Below are positions 44,804 through 57,563 of a stretch of 64,000 nucleotides of DNA, in pieces. Under the pieces are notes generated by a model. That model did no database searches. It had not been told where the DNA came from and saw only the letters and a program-made list of their open reading frames with translations. Origin of the DNA: the human T2T-CHM13v2.0 reference genome, Homo sapiens; NCBI RefSeq assembly GCF_009914755.1, contig NC_060938.1. The stretch is one strand, 5' to 3'. Numbering within the stretch: position 1 is the stretch's first letter; every line of letters begins with the position of its first letter. A program made the translations under genes and the position numbers.

Positions 44804-45592
44804 GGGGTAGTGCTGACCAAGACCACAGGAACCCACCTCTTGCATCAGCATGACCTGGATGTGAGACATGGAGTCAAAGAGGATCATTTTGGAGCTTTAA
44901 GATTTGACTGCCCTGCTGGATTCTGGACTTGCATGGGGCCTGTGGCCCCTTTCTTTTGGCCGATTTCTCTCATTTGGAATGGCTGAGTTTATCCAATGCC
45001 TGTACCCACATTGTATCAACGAAGTAACTAACTTGCTTTTGATTTTACAGGCTCATAGGCAGAAGAGACTTGCCTTGTTTCATGACAATATGCTTGTCTC
45101 AGATGAGACTTTGGACTGTGGACTTTTGAGTTAATGCTGAAATGAGTTAAGAATCTGGGGGACTGTTGGGAAGGCATGATTGGTTTTGAAATGTAAAAAG
45201 GACATGAGATTTTGGATGGGCCGGGGCAGAATTATATGGTTTGGTTGTGTCCTCACCCAAATCGTATCCTGAGTTCTAACTCCCACAATTCCCACATGCT
45301 GTGGGAAGAACCCATTGGGGGGTTACTGAATCATGAGGGTGGGTCTTTCCCATGTGGTTCTCATAATAGTGAATAAGTCTCACGAGATCTAATGGTTTTA
45401 AAAACGGAAGTTTCCCTGCACAAGCTCTCTCTTTGCCCGCTGCCATCCATGTAAGATGTGACTTGCTCCTTCTTGCCTTCCGCCATGATTATGAGGCCTC
45501 CCCAGCCATGGGGAACTATAAGTCCATTAAACCTCTGTTTCTTCCTGGTCTCGGGTATGTCTTTATCAGCAGCATGAAAAGAGACTAATACA
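44804..45592 (+). mobile_element. 3' part of THE1-int (44804-45231) plus THE1 3' LTR (45232-45592)
   Basis: Colinear with 59146-59879 of the intact copy; ends gactaataca. Confidence 0.93.
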
Positions 45593-46411
45593 AAGGCTAT
45601 ACTAACTTTATTTTTAAATTTTTTCTTTCTTCAATAATAAATTAATCTTTCCTTACTGTGACTGTTTTTACTTTTTAAATTTTTTAATTTTAACTTTTAA
45701 AACTTTTTGACTCTGTAATAACACTTACATGAAACACAAACACATTGTGCAGCTGTACCCCAAAAAAAATTTTCTTTTTTTATATACTTATTCTATAAAT
45801 TTTTTTCTATTTTAAATTATTTTTTCACTTTTAAAATTTTTTGTTAAAAACTAAGGCACAAATGCACATATTAGCCTAAACACACAATTAGCCTAGGCCT
45901 ACACAGGGTCAAGATTATCAATACCACTGTCTTCCAATCCCACATCTTGTCCCACTGGAATGTATTTGGGGACAATAACATGCATGGAGATGTCATCTTC
46001 TATGATAACAATGCTTTCTTCTGGAATACCTCCTAAAGGGCCTGCCTGAAGTTGTTTTGCAGTTAACTTGTTTTTACATCAGTGGAAGTACACTCTAAAA
46101 TAATGATAAAAAGTATAGTATAGCAAATACATAAATCAGCAATATACTAGTTTATTATCATTTTCAAGTATTATGTACTGCAAACAATGGTATGTGCTAT
46201 ATTTTAAACAACTGGCAGTCAATGCAGCAGGCTTGTTGACACCAGCATCACCTCAAATACATGAGTAATGTGTTGTGCTATATCATTAAGATAGTTATGA
46301 TGTCATTAGATGACGGGAATTATCCTCATTAGCTCCATTATAATCTCATAGGAACATCATTGTATAGGCAGTCCATTGTTGACTCAAACATCATTATGCA
46401 GTGCATGACTA
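45593..46411 (+). mobile_element. Tigger3b (GOLEM-derived), 5' part missing
   Basis: tcttcaataataaattaa...gcctaggcctacacagggtc...ttatgcagtgcatgact terminus followed by TA. Confidence 0.85.
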
Positions 46412-46897
46412 TATGCTAAAAACTCACCTATTCCCATTGAGAATTTGTCAGTTTCTCCTTGTTATTCTGTTTGCTTTGTTTAGATATTTAAAGGCTATGT
46501 TATTTGGGTATACATACCATCCAAACTGTCATACTGTTCTGGTGAAATGTTCCTTAAACATTTAATTAACTAATCCTTTTCTGTATGCTAATTGTCCATC
46601 AGTTGACACATGTTAGCCTCCAAACTGATATGTCTACAGGATTATGAGCATACCAAGCATGAAAATAGTCTTTCCTTTGAACCGCTTTTTCTGAAAGACT
46701 CCTGGGAGTATGGACCAGGCAGAGGGTTAAATGTGGGGAGCGGGTATAGCAGGGAAGAGAGAATGGCTGGCAACTCAAACTTTGGAGCAAAAGGTCATGA
46801 AAAAGACAGTATCCAAAAGTGAAATGGTAAACAAAAACTCAAACAAATCATCCCAACCAAGCAACTTATAGAAAGAGCCGGCCAGAGAAATAGAAGG

Positions 46898-47277
46898 TAT
46901 TATTAACGGAATTGTTTATCCCCAAAATGTGTGTATTGAAGTCCTAACTCCTAGTACCTCAGAATGTGACTGTATTTGGAGGCAGGGCCCTTAAAGAGGC
47001 AATTAAGGTAAATGGGTAAGCCCTAATCCAATATGAATGGTGTCTTTATAATAAGAAGATGTTATGCCACAGAAGCACACAAAGGAAAGACCATGTGAAG
47101 ATACAGAGAGAAGATGGCTATCTACAAACCAAAGAGAGAGGTCCTCAGAAGAAACCAACCCTGCTGACATCTTGATCTTGTACTTCTAGGCTCCAGGAGC
47201 ATGAGAAAATAAACTTCTATTGTTTAAGTCACCCATTCTGTGGGACTTTTTTATGGCAGCTCCAGAAAATAAATATG
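46898..47277 (+). mobile_element. MLT1B-like MaLR solo LTR
   Basis: cctcagaatgtgactgtatttgga...ccatgtgaagatacag...gaaaccaaccctgctgac; TSD gaagg/gaaga. Confidence 0.88.
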
Positions 47278-47484
47278 GAAGATAAGTGCAAGGTATAAAC
47301 TATAGGTACCAGACCCAAAGAGCTGCAGATATTGACAAAAAAACAGGATATAGAGCCTGAAAAATGTCTTCTACAGCCTGGTAAAGTTAGAGATTCTTTT
47401 ACAGAGTCTCTAAAACCACCAATGGAGAGAAAATTCTAAATGGCTAGTCAAACATTTTTATGCATTCAAAACATCTTAAATGAA

Positions 47485-47820
47485 CACATTTATTCAACAA
47501 ACATTTATTGAGCATCTATACTATGTGCCAGGTACTATTCTATGAACTTGACTTCAGTAAGCAAAAGCAGACAAACATTCCTACCTACAATGGAGTTTCC
47601 ACTCTGGTGCAGAGTAACACATAATGAATAGACCTAATAATAAATAAATGAGTTATAAAGTATGTTAGAAAATGGTAAATGTTATAGAGAAAACAGTATG
47701 GGAGATTAAGAGTAATAGTAAAAGTTGTTTGCAACTTAAACACAGCTGCAGGACAGGCTTCAATGAAAAGATGACATTCGAGCAGACTTGAAGGCAATTA
47801 AGCATGTCAACCTTGGATCC
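47485..47820 (-). mobile_element. L2a 3' end
   Basis: ttattcaacaaacatttattgagcatctatactatgtgccagg. Confidence 0.75.
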
Positions 47821-48539
47821 AGTATTGTAGTAAAAAATGTATAAATATAATCTCATTTATCATCAAGATACTAATAGTGAGAAAAATAAACCTATTTTAG
47901 GATAAAGAAGGTCAAGCTTAGAAAAGGCACAGAGCTATTGTGTGGAGGGCCTGGGATAACTGTGTGAACCAAGTATTTGGCAGTAAACAAACCTGGCTCC
48001 AGATTTTCTTTAAGGGCAAGTGAGGGAAACTTGGAAGAAAATAAATAACTATTGCAGAAATGCCAGTGATATATTAGAGGCAAGTGCAAGGAACTAGAGG
48101 AGAATAAAAGTGCAGCAAAGCTAGGACAACTTTCTCAGACAGAAGAGCTCTTGGAGAAGTGACAGTGAGTTGCACGTGTTGTGTATAAATAGAACTTTTA
48201 GCATAAGAAATACTCACTAAGTTAAAATGGAAGAAAAATATTGCTAGGATAGATTTTAAGAAGACTTCTATATAGTAAGACAAAATAATTGTCTAAAAAG
48301 AGTGAACCAATTCAACAAATTATGGTACATACCCATGTTAAGTAGATATAAAAATGTTTAAAAATAATTTTAATAATATGGGAAAACAATGAGCACATAC
48401 GATGAGCCAAAAATATATAAATTCAGTAAAGTGTACTATAAACTGTTTAGCCTCACTCTATGTGGGTTTGTGGGTAATGTATGGACATGTATGTATATCA
48501 TACATAGACATAGGTAAGAAAGAAAGCAATTTTTATCCC

Positions 48540-48990
48540 CATTTAGCAGGATAACAGATGATCGATAACCTGCAAATAACAGTAGTTTAATCAATACGGA
48601 AGTTATTTTTCTTCCACATTGAAAATTCGAAGTCTGAAGGTTGGCAGAAGCTTATACCAAGTTGTTAATGGCCCAGTCTCCCTCTAGTTACTCATTCTGC
48701 CACCATGGTCCAATATGGCTGTGGAGCTTTGTCCATCAGATATCCGTTCTGGTCAGAAAGATGGAGGAAAAGAGAAAGAAGAAAGGCACCCCTTTGCTGT
48801 TAAGATAATTTTCCATAATGACCATATAACATTTCTGGCTACAACATAACCTCCTGTAGCACAGCAAGGAAATACAGTCTTTACATGTGTGCAGCATGCC
48901 AATCTAACTTGTTATTATTGCTGTCTTTTTTTCTAATTAATGAAGAAAAGGAGACTAAATTAGGAAAGCATCTAGTAGTCACTGCCAAGA
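48540..48990 (-). mobile_element. MLT1J/K-like LTR (degraded)
   Basis: aaataacagtagtttaa...caatatggctg...tagtagtcactgcca. Confidence 0.45.
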
Positions 48991-49989
48991 CTGTTTTCTA
49001 TGTTCTCCAATTTTTCTACAATGCTGGATAATATTTACAATTCTAAAGATACAAATGTTTTCTTGTTGAAGGTATGTCAAGTTGTTGAGTGCTACTAAAA
49101 CATAACTGGTCTGTAAAGAAAATGCTTAAAGTTAAATTAAAAAACTAAATTATTCAGAGGTTAATTAAATAAATGTCTATTTGTTAATGAATATTAAGGA
49201 GCTATACTATCTTAGACACAAAATCTGTACATGTTTAAAGTATTTACCACCTATAAGCACACTACCAATATGACTATTCACAGAATTATTAGGTTATAAA
49301 ACATACTTTTAAAAATCGTTGCAAAATTACATTTTTTGTATTGAAGTTCAACATTTGGAAAATACTTACATAAACTCTAAGCATAAGACAATGGGATAGA
49401 AATAAATGTACAATTCCAAAAACACAAGTAAATGGAAGATGGCATATAATTTTAATAGTCTGACTTAGATAATCTCACATTTTGCATGCTGGCATATTTT
49501 GCTAACTTGATAAAACTAATACAACTAAAAAAAATCACTACCCATGTAGCATTTGTAGTACAATCATAGTTTACAGTATAACAGAAATAATGTCTAAGAA
49601 TACGTTAATGTTCATAGAATACTATAGAATAACCAGCAAAAACCTCTATCTGGTTGAAGAAACACAAACACTTCTGAACAACAGACTATGCATCTATTAT
49701 TATTAAATATTTATTATGGAACAGAAATGTACTGATTCCCCTGCCAACTGGAGGCCCAGTATGTTGCTTAAAATTTACAATCTAAAATGGGTTGTTGATG
49801 AATCTATTTAATAACAGCTCAGGAGTTTATCTTACCATATTAAATACAGGCATCAATTGTAAAGTGTAACTTGATTTCAAATAATAAAATTTAAAAACCT
49901 TAAATTTAAGGAAATATACTATACATACATGTTATACCCAACCAGTACTGCATTTTTCAACATCTAAGTAGTGATAGTTCCTGCTCATA

Positions 49990-50780
49990 TTTATTCATTC
50001 AATATCAAACTAAAATCAACATTTACTGATGTTAGGCATTCTTCTAGGCCCTGAGGATACAGGTATAAACAAGAAAAATCCCTGATTTATGGAGCTTACA
50101 TTTTACTGTGAGAAACTATTAACAAACAAATATAAATACAATTTCAGGTGGTAATAAGTGCTCCAAAAAAACTGATAAGGAAAAAATGAAACATGAAGGG
50201 AAGGAGGGAGTATTTTGAATTTGGTCAAGGGTGGTCTTCCTGAGGGGTGACGTTTAGCTGTAGCTCTGACTGAGGGAGAGAGGTTACCCTATGAATATCC
50301 AGGAGAAGGCCACTCCAGGCAGAGGGCTCAATGAGTGCAAAAGCCCTGCACCATACACATCTCAACAGCAAGGAGCAGGACTGGAAGGAGCAAGGAGGGA
50401 AGTCACAGATGGCACACAAGCAGCCAGGTGCTGGGCCATGCAGGCTCTTGTGGGCCAGGTTAAGTGTGTTTGGTTTCACTGAAAATGAGATGGAAGCCAT
50501 GCAGAAGGTTTATAGCAGAGCAGGAACATGATGGGCTCACTTTAGAAGGATCATTCTGACTGCTGAGTAGAAAAGAATCATACACAGACAAAGACAGAGG
50601 CAGAGACCAGTTAGCTGGTTGACTGGCAGGTGAGAGTGACAGTGGCAAGGACAAGGAAGTGATAAAAATGAGTAGAAGGAGTCAGAGTTGGGATACATTG
50701 TAAAGATACAGCTGAAAGCACTTGCTGATGAACTGGATATGGGATAAATGTGAAAGAGAGAAGTCAAGCATGACACCTGT
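49990..50780 (-). mobile_element. L2a
   Basis: tatggagcttacatttt...gaaaatgagatggaagccat...tttagaaggatcattctgactgctg...gagaagtcaagcatgac. Confidence 0.8.
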
Positions 50781-52729
50781 GTTAAAGTGACCTCATGCTG
50801 GAAAACCCCACAGCTCCCAAGTTTAAACATGTTACACAGTTCAGGCTACAAATAGAGACCAACTGCAGGGTCGATAGCCAAATCCCTAGGAAAGATAATC
50901 TGATTGGCCCAGTTTGGATCAGGTGCCCCAGCAATTTCTGTAACTCCTGTACTGCAGGGGGGGTTGTGTCTAACATTATGCATTAGCTTCTTCCAGGATC
51001 TTCTCAGGCATGAATGTGCCAGGCAAATCCTAACTATAATCAACCCACCCTCCTTCATTCTAACCATTGTTCCAAGAGCTGTGCCAAGGACACTGCATAT
51101 ATTACCACAGTAATTACAATGAGTTGTGGTAATGTATAAATGGAAAAAACAAGACCCATAAATGCTAAACAACTCATCACTCAGCTGAGTAAGTGGCAGA
51201 GGTGAGATTTTCTGCCTCTTATGCAAACTTATCTAAGCTAATTTCTCCATATACAACATGAGGTTCTTTTTTGGTAGCAACCTCCAATAGTGAGAAGTAA
51301 GTGAAGAGTCTAAATTTACTTCCCTGGACATCACAAGCAGGTAGGAAAGGAAATCTTCTAATACACTGTGATCCACTGAGTATTAATCATCAACTACAAA
51401 AGTGCAAAAACAAAATTAAAAAAAAACAAATCTTTAAACTTGTTTACAGCTTTCTATTTTTTGTAGGGACTCTGATCATATATTTCATGCAACAGACTAA
51501 CAAAAGGATTCAGTTATGCTCAAACAGGTATCAAAGCAACTACAATCCTCTGAAATATCAGCTAGCCCGTTTAAGATTCATGCTTCCATTGCCTTTCACA
51601 AAGGCCTCATTAAATTCAGATTCCTATGCTATGTTCTTGAAGGGGCAGGAAGTGTCTCTAAGATATTGTAGCCAATCCATAGATCTTGAACTCCACTTTC
51701 TATTTAAAGCATACACACACATGCATGCATGCGTGTTCTCTCTCTCTCTCTCCCCCCCCACCAACCTTTCACTCTCTCTAGGATTGGCAGAAGATGGTGC
51801 AGCAAGAAGCATAGGAATTGTCTCCCCATCTAGACAACAATTACACTGGCAGAATAGGTCTTACATAATTATTTTGGAACTCTGATGTCTATTGAAGGCT
51901 TACGACTAAGAATGCTTGGATGGTCAATGAGGGTTAATTCTGGTCAATGTCAGCTCTTTACACAGTAACAACTACTCATTTCCCACACCCAGTCCTATGG
52001 CAGGCAGCTCTTCTTGTGTTCATACAGAAACTTGCATACAGCTTATAGGAGCCAAGATGGGCAAAAAGGACACTGTCTTAAATATCAGAGATCTGTGTTC
52101 TGATTGCTGATTGCTGCTTCTGATCAAAAAGATGCAAAAGGTGGATGGCCATTATTGCACCTCTCCCCACTCTCTCAAAACCCTTTCCATCAAGCTGAAG
52201 TGACGTCCAGAAGAATTAAAGGGCCAGTACTCTTCCCACTCCACCCACACACACACACTTTATTTTTCACTTTTTTCCTTTTTGAAAGCCAGGCATTAAA
52301 GACTAAAACATTCAAAAGCAACTGCATATATGGGGAAAATTAGAAAGTGATTGTGCAGGCTCAGAAGGAACTTGAAAAGACCTTAAGTTGACACCTCAGG
52401 TTGATCCTTGGCACAGAGACAGCCTACAACAATTTTAAAAAGTATAAGGAAAAAAAAAAACAAAACAGCAAACCCTGAAAAAGAGAGAGAATCTGATTTC
52501 CAGAGCTACCACATTATCAGATTCAAGTGTCTGATTCTCAACAAAAAATCACAATCCATACAAAGAAACAGAAAACTATAATCCATCCAAACAAAAATTA
52601 ATTAACAGAAACTGTCTGCAAAAAACACCTGATGACAGATCTACCTGACAAAAACTTCAAAACGACTGTCTTAAAGATGCTCAAAGAACTGAAGGAAGAT
52701 GTAGATAAAGTCAATAAAATAATATATGG

Positions 52730-54327
52730 CAAAGGATCAGTGAAACCAAAGTTGGTTCTTTGAAAGGATAACAAGATCAACAGGATGCTGGCTAGATTAA
52801 CAACAACCACAACAACAGAAGTTCCAAATAAGCATAAACAGAAATGACAAAGATGTAACATTACAACCAATCCCAGAGAAATACAAAAGATCCTCAGAGA
52901 CTATTATGAACACCTCTTGATATGGTTTGCATTTGTGTCCCCACCAAAATCTCATGTCAAATTATAATTCCCAGTGTTGAATGTGGGGCCTGGTGGGAAG
53001 TGATTGGATCATGGGGGCAGACTTTCCCCTTTGGTGCTGTTCTCATGACAGAGTCCTCATGAGATCTGCTTATTTAAAAGTGTGTGGCACCTCCCTCCTC
53101 TTTCTTTTCCTCCTGCTCTGGCCATGTGAAGACATGCGTGCCCGCTTCTCATTCACTTTCCACCATAATTGTAAGTTTCCTGAGACCTCCCCAGCCATGT
53201 TCCCTGTACAGCCTGTGGAACCATGAGCCAATTAAACCTCTTTTCTTTATAAGTTACCCAGTCTAAAGTATTTCTTTATAGCAGTGCAAGAGTGGAGTAA
53301 TACACCTCTATGCACACAAACTAGAAAATCCAGATAAATTCCTCAAAACAGACACCTTCCTAAGATTGAATCAGGAAGAAACTGAAACTCTGAACAGAAC
53401 ATGAGTTAAAAAACTGAATCAGTGAAGTAAAACAACAACAACAACAACAACAAAAAAAAAACTACCAATCAGAAAACGCCCTAAACAGATGGATTAACAG
53501 CCAAATTCTATCAGACACACAAAGAAGAGCTGGTACCAATCCCACCGAAACTATTCCCCAAAATAGAGGCAAAGAACTCTATCCTAACTCATTCTATAAA
53601 TCAAGCATCATTCTGATAATATAAAAAAAAAACTGCAGTTCGATATCCCTGATGAATATAGATATAAAAATCCTCAACAATATACTAGCAAACTAAATCC
53701 AACAATACATAAAATCTTCATTTACCAGGATCTAGTCGACTTTATTCCCAGGATGCAAGGTTGGTACAACATATGCCAATCAATAAATGTGATTTCCCAC
53801 GTAAACAGAATCAAAAACAAAAACCATAAAATCATCTCAATAGATTAAGAAAACGCTTTCGAGAGAGTGCAACATCCCTTCATGATGAAAACCCTCAAAA
53901 AATTAGGCATCAAGAAACATACCTCAAAATAGTAAGAAACACTGATGACAAACCCACAGCCAATGTCATACTGAATGGACAAAAGCTGAAACCATTCACC
54001 TTAAGAACTGGAACATGACAAAGATGCACATTCTTACCACTCTTATTCAACATAGTACTGGAAGTCCTAGTCAGACCAATAAGTCAAGAGAAAGAAATAA
54101 AAGGCATCAAAATAGAAAAAGAAAAAGAATAAGTCAAATTATCTCTTTGCTAATGATATGATTCTATACCTAGAAAACCCTAAAGATCCCATCAAAAGGC
54201 TTCTGGAACTGATAAATGACTTGGATCAAGTTTCAGGATACAAAATCAATATACAAAAATCAGTAGCATTTCTATACAAAATAACATTCAAGCTGAGAGC
54301 CAAATCAAGAAAGCAACCCCATTCAAA

Positions 54328-54372
<45 letters not shown>

Positions 54373-56112
54373 GTACCTAGGAATACATCTAACCAAGGAG
54401 TTGAAAGATCTCTAGGAGGATAACTACAAAACATTGCTGAAAGAAATCACAGATAACACAACAAATGGAAAAACACTCCTGCTCATGGATTGGATGAAGC
54501 AATATCATAAAAATGGCCATACTTCCCAAAGCAATCTATAGATTCAACACCACTCCTATCAAAATAGCAATCTCATTTTTCATGAATTAAAAAAAACCTA
54601 TTCTAAAATGTACATGGAACTGAAAAAGAGCCCAAATAGCCAAAGCAATCCTAAGCAAAAAGAACAAAGCCAAGAGTATTACATTACCTGACTTCAAACC
54701 AAACTACTCTACAAGGCTACAGTAACCAAAAAAAGCACAGTACTGGCACAAAAACAGACAAAAAAAAATTAAAAAAAAAAACCAATGGGACAGAATAGAG
54801 GACCCAGAAATAAAGCCACACACAACCAACCATCTGATCTTTGACAAAGTCAACAAAAATAAGCAATGGGGAAAGGACTCCCTATTCAATAAATGGTGGT
54901 GGCATAACTGGCTAACCATACACAGAAGAATCAAATTGGACCCTGAACTAAAGATTGATTAAAGACTTAAATATAAAACCTCAAACTACAAAAACCCTAC
55001 AAGAAAACCTAGAAAATGTCCGTCTTGACATTGGCCTGGGCAAAGAATTTATGGCTAAGTCATCAAAAGCAATTGCAATGAAAACAGAAATTGACAAGTG
55101 GGATTCAGTTAAACTAAAGAGCCTCTGCACAGCAAAATAAACAATCAACATAGTAAACAGATAACCTACAGAATGGGAGAAAATATTCACAAACTGTGCA
55201 TCCTACAAAGGTCTAATATCCAGAATCTGTAAGAAACTTAAATCAACAAGCAAAAGAACAAAAACAAAACATTAAAAAGTGGGCAAAAGGCATAGACAAT
55301 TCTCATGAGAAGACATACAAGTGGCCAAAAACTACGTGAAAAAATGCTCACCATCGCTAATCATCAGAAAAATTCAAATCAAAAACCACAATGAGATACC
55401 AACAATTTCACACCAGTCAGAATGGCTATTATTACGAAGTCCAAAAATAACAGATGCTAACAAGTCTGCAGAGAAAATGGAATGTTTACACACTGCTGGT
55501 AGGAAAGCAAACTAGTTCAGCCACTGTGGAAAGCAGTTTGGAGACTGCTCAAAGAACTAAAAATAGAACTATCACTCAACTGAGCAATATCATTACTGGA
55601 TCTGTAAACCCCAAAATAAATCATTCTACCAAAAAGACACATACACTTATATGTTCATCACAGCACTATCCATAATAGCAAAGACTTGGAATCAACGTAG
55701 GCACCCTTCAACAGTGGACTGGATAAAGAAAATGTGGTACATATACATCATGGAATACTACACAGCCATAAAAAAGAACAAAATCATGTCCTTTGCAGCA
55801 ACACAGATGGAGTTGGAAGCCATTATCCTACACAAATTAACACACAAACAGAAAACCACATACTTCATGTTCTCACTTACAAGTGGGAGCTAAACACTGG
55901 GTACACATGAACATAAAGATAGGAACAACAGACACTGGAGACTACAAGGCGGGAAATGATGGAGAGAAACAAGGGTTTAAAAACTACCTAGTGGGTACTA
56001 TGTTCACTGCCCTAGTGACAGGTTAAATCATGCCACAAACCTCAGCATCATGTAATATACCCATGTAAAAAATCTGCATATTATACCCCTTGAATCTAAA
56101 ATAAAAGTTGAG
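52730..56112 (+). mobile_element. L1PA16-like 5'-truncated LINE-1 (dead ORF2 plus 3'UTR)
   Basis: RT-region remnant MILYLENPKD; C-terminal MEYYTAIKKNKIMSFAAT; 3'UTR ending tgaatctaaaataaaagttg; TSD aaaataatatatgg / aaaataatgtgtgg; (CA)n at 54328-54371. Confidence 0.9.
52918..53304 (+). mobile_element. MSTA solo LTR nested in L1 ORF2
   Basis: tgatatggtttg...cctgtacagcctgtggaaccatgagccaattaaacc...taataca; perfect TSD cctct. Confidence 0.92.
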
Positions 56113-57238
56113 AAAATAATGTGTGGATAAAATGAAAATATCAATAAAGAGGCAGAGAACCTAAAAGAAAAAGGAAATTATGATGCTTAAAAGTATAATA
56201 AATAAAATAAAAAACACACTAGAGAAATTAGAAGGTAAACTTGAGCAGGCAGATGAATCAGCAAACTTGAAGATAGAACACTGGAAATATCTATTCTGAG
56301 GAAAGGAAAGAGAAAAGACTGAAGAAAAGTGAACAGAGCCAAAGGGACCTGTGGAACACCATCAAGTGAACTAACAAGTGCATTGTGGGAGTACCAGAAG
56401 GAGGAGAGAGAGAGAGAGAGAGAAAGAGAGGCATAAAGAGTATTTTAAGAAATAATGGATGAAAACTTCCCAAATTTGATAAAGATGGAATTTTGTGACA
56501 TCAAAAACTGAAAGGATTGGGAACAAAGCTGTAAAAGGGGTATAGTTTTTGTATGTTACTGAAGTTAATCTGACATAAAATCAAATTAGATTTTGAAAAG
56601 AAAATGAAATGAAAGAAACAAAAAAGAAATTTAAATGTTTCACTTCAAAAAAGGATCAATGAAACACAAAGGGAGACTAATGCAGAAAATGAGAGAAGGC
56701 TAGAAAGCATATAAAAAACAAACAGCAAAATGACAAAGTAAATCCCTCCTTATCAGTAATTACTCTGAATGTAAGTAGATCAAACTCTCCAATCAAAAAT
56801 ACCAAGATCAGTAGAATGGATCAAAACATATGATCCAACTATATTCCGTCTACATGAGACTCACTTTAGATTGAAAAACACAAGTAAACTGAATGTGAAA
56901 GGATGAAAAAAGATAGTTCATATAAATCATAACCAAAAAAGAGCAGAAGTAGCTATATTAATATCAGACAAAATAGACTTTAAATCAGAAAAGATTACAA
57001 GAGACAATGAATATTATTTATAAATAAAAGGTTCAATTCAGCATGAAAACATAACAATCATAAATGTTCATACACCTAATAATAGATCATCAAATTATAT
57101 GAAGCAAAAACTGACAAACATAAAGGGAGACATAGAAAGTCCTATAACTTTACTGCAATAATGCACTTCTGTGCACCCTATTTTATTTCAGCCTTGGATT
57201 ACAGAATGTAATGACAGCTTTAAAGGCTATCTTAATTG

Positions 57239-57418
57239 TAGCTTTCATTTGTAAACCAGGAAACTAAAGCCCACAAAATAAACAAACTTATCAAAGCTTA
57301 CATTTCTAGACAGTGGCAGAGATGATTACTTTAGCTTTAATTTATAAACTAGGAAACCAAGGCCCACAAAATAAACAAACTTATCAAAGCTTATATTTCT
57401 AGACAGTGGCAGAGATGA
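57239..57418. repeat. 87-bp tandem duplication of a MIR-derived segment
   Basis: Copies at 57239-57325 and 57332-57418 with 6 mismatches. Confidence 0.9.
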
Positions 57419-57563
57419 AATCATGCATGAACCATCTGCATTCCTACACCGAAGGTCTTTGCACTATATTCCATGTCATTTACCAGTGGTGAAGTTTCTG
57501 ACGCTAAGTTACACTTGTGGAAGGATTCATCTTTGATAATAGAGGATACATCATGAACTGCAT

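Larger units (their letters stand above)
51781..57150 (+). mobile_element. Old L1M (L1MD-like) 5' end, ORF1 and start of ORF2 (51781-52729 and 56113-57150), split by a younger L1
   Basis: aagatgg 5' start; ORF1-like gaacagagccaaagggacctgtggaacaccatcaag; ORF2 endonuclease-like tacatgagactcacttt and atatcagacaaaatagacttt. Confidence 0.7.

Noticed and set aside
43109-45134. Cluster of 70-196 aa ORFs, including an HSMAR2/THE1 read-through ORF (43109-43450)
   Set aside because: Fragments of a dead mariner transposase and THE1-int; the fusion ORF is an accident of the deletion junction and lacks the rest of the catalytic triad.
51301-51885. 194-aa plus-strand ORF
   Set aside because: GTG start, no recognisable domain, and it runs through simple repeats into an L1 5' end; consistent with chance.
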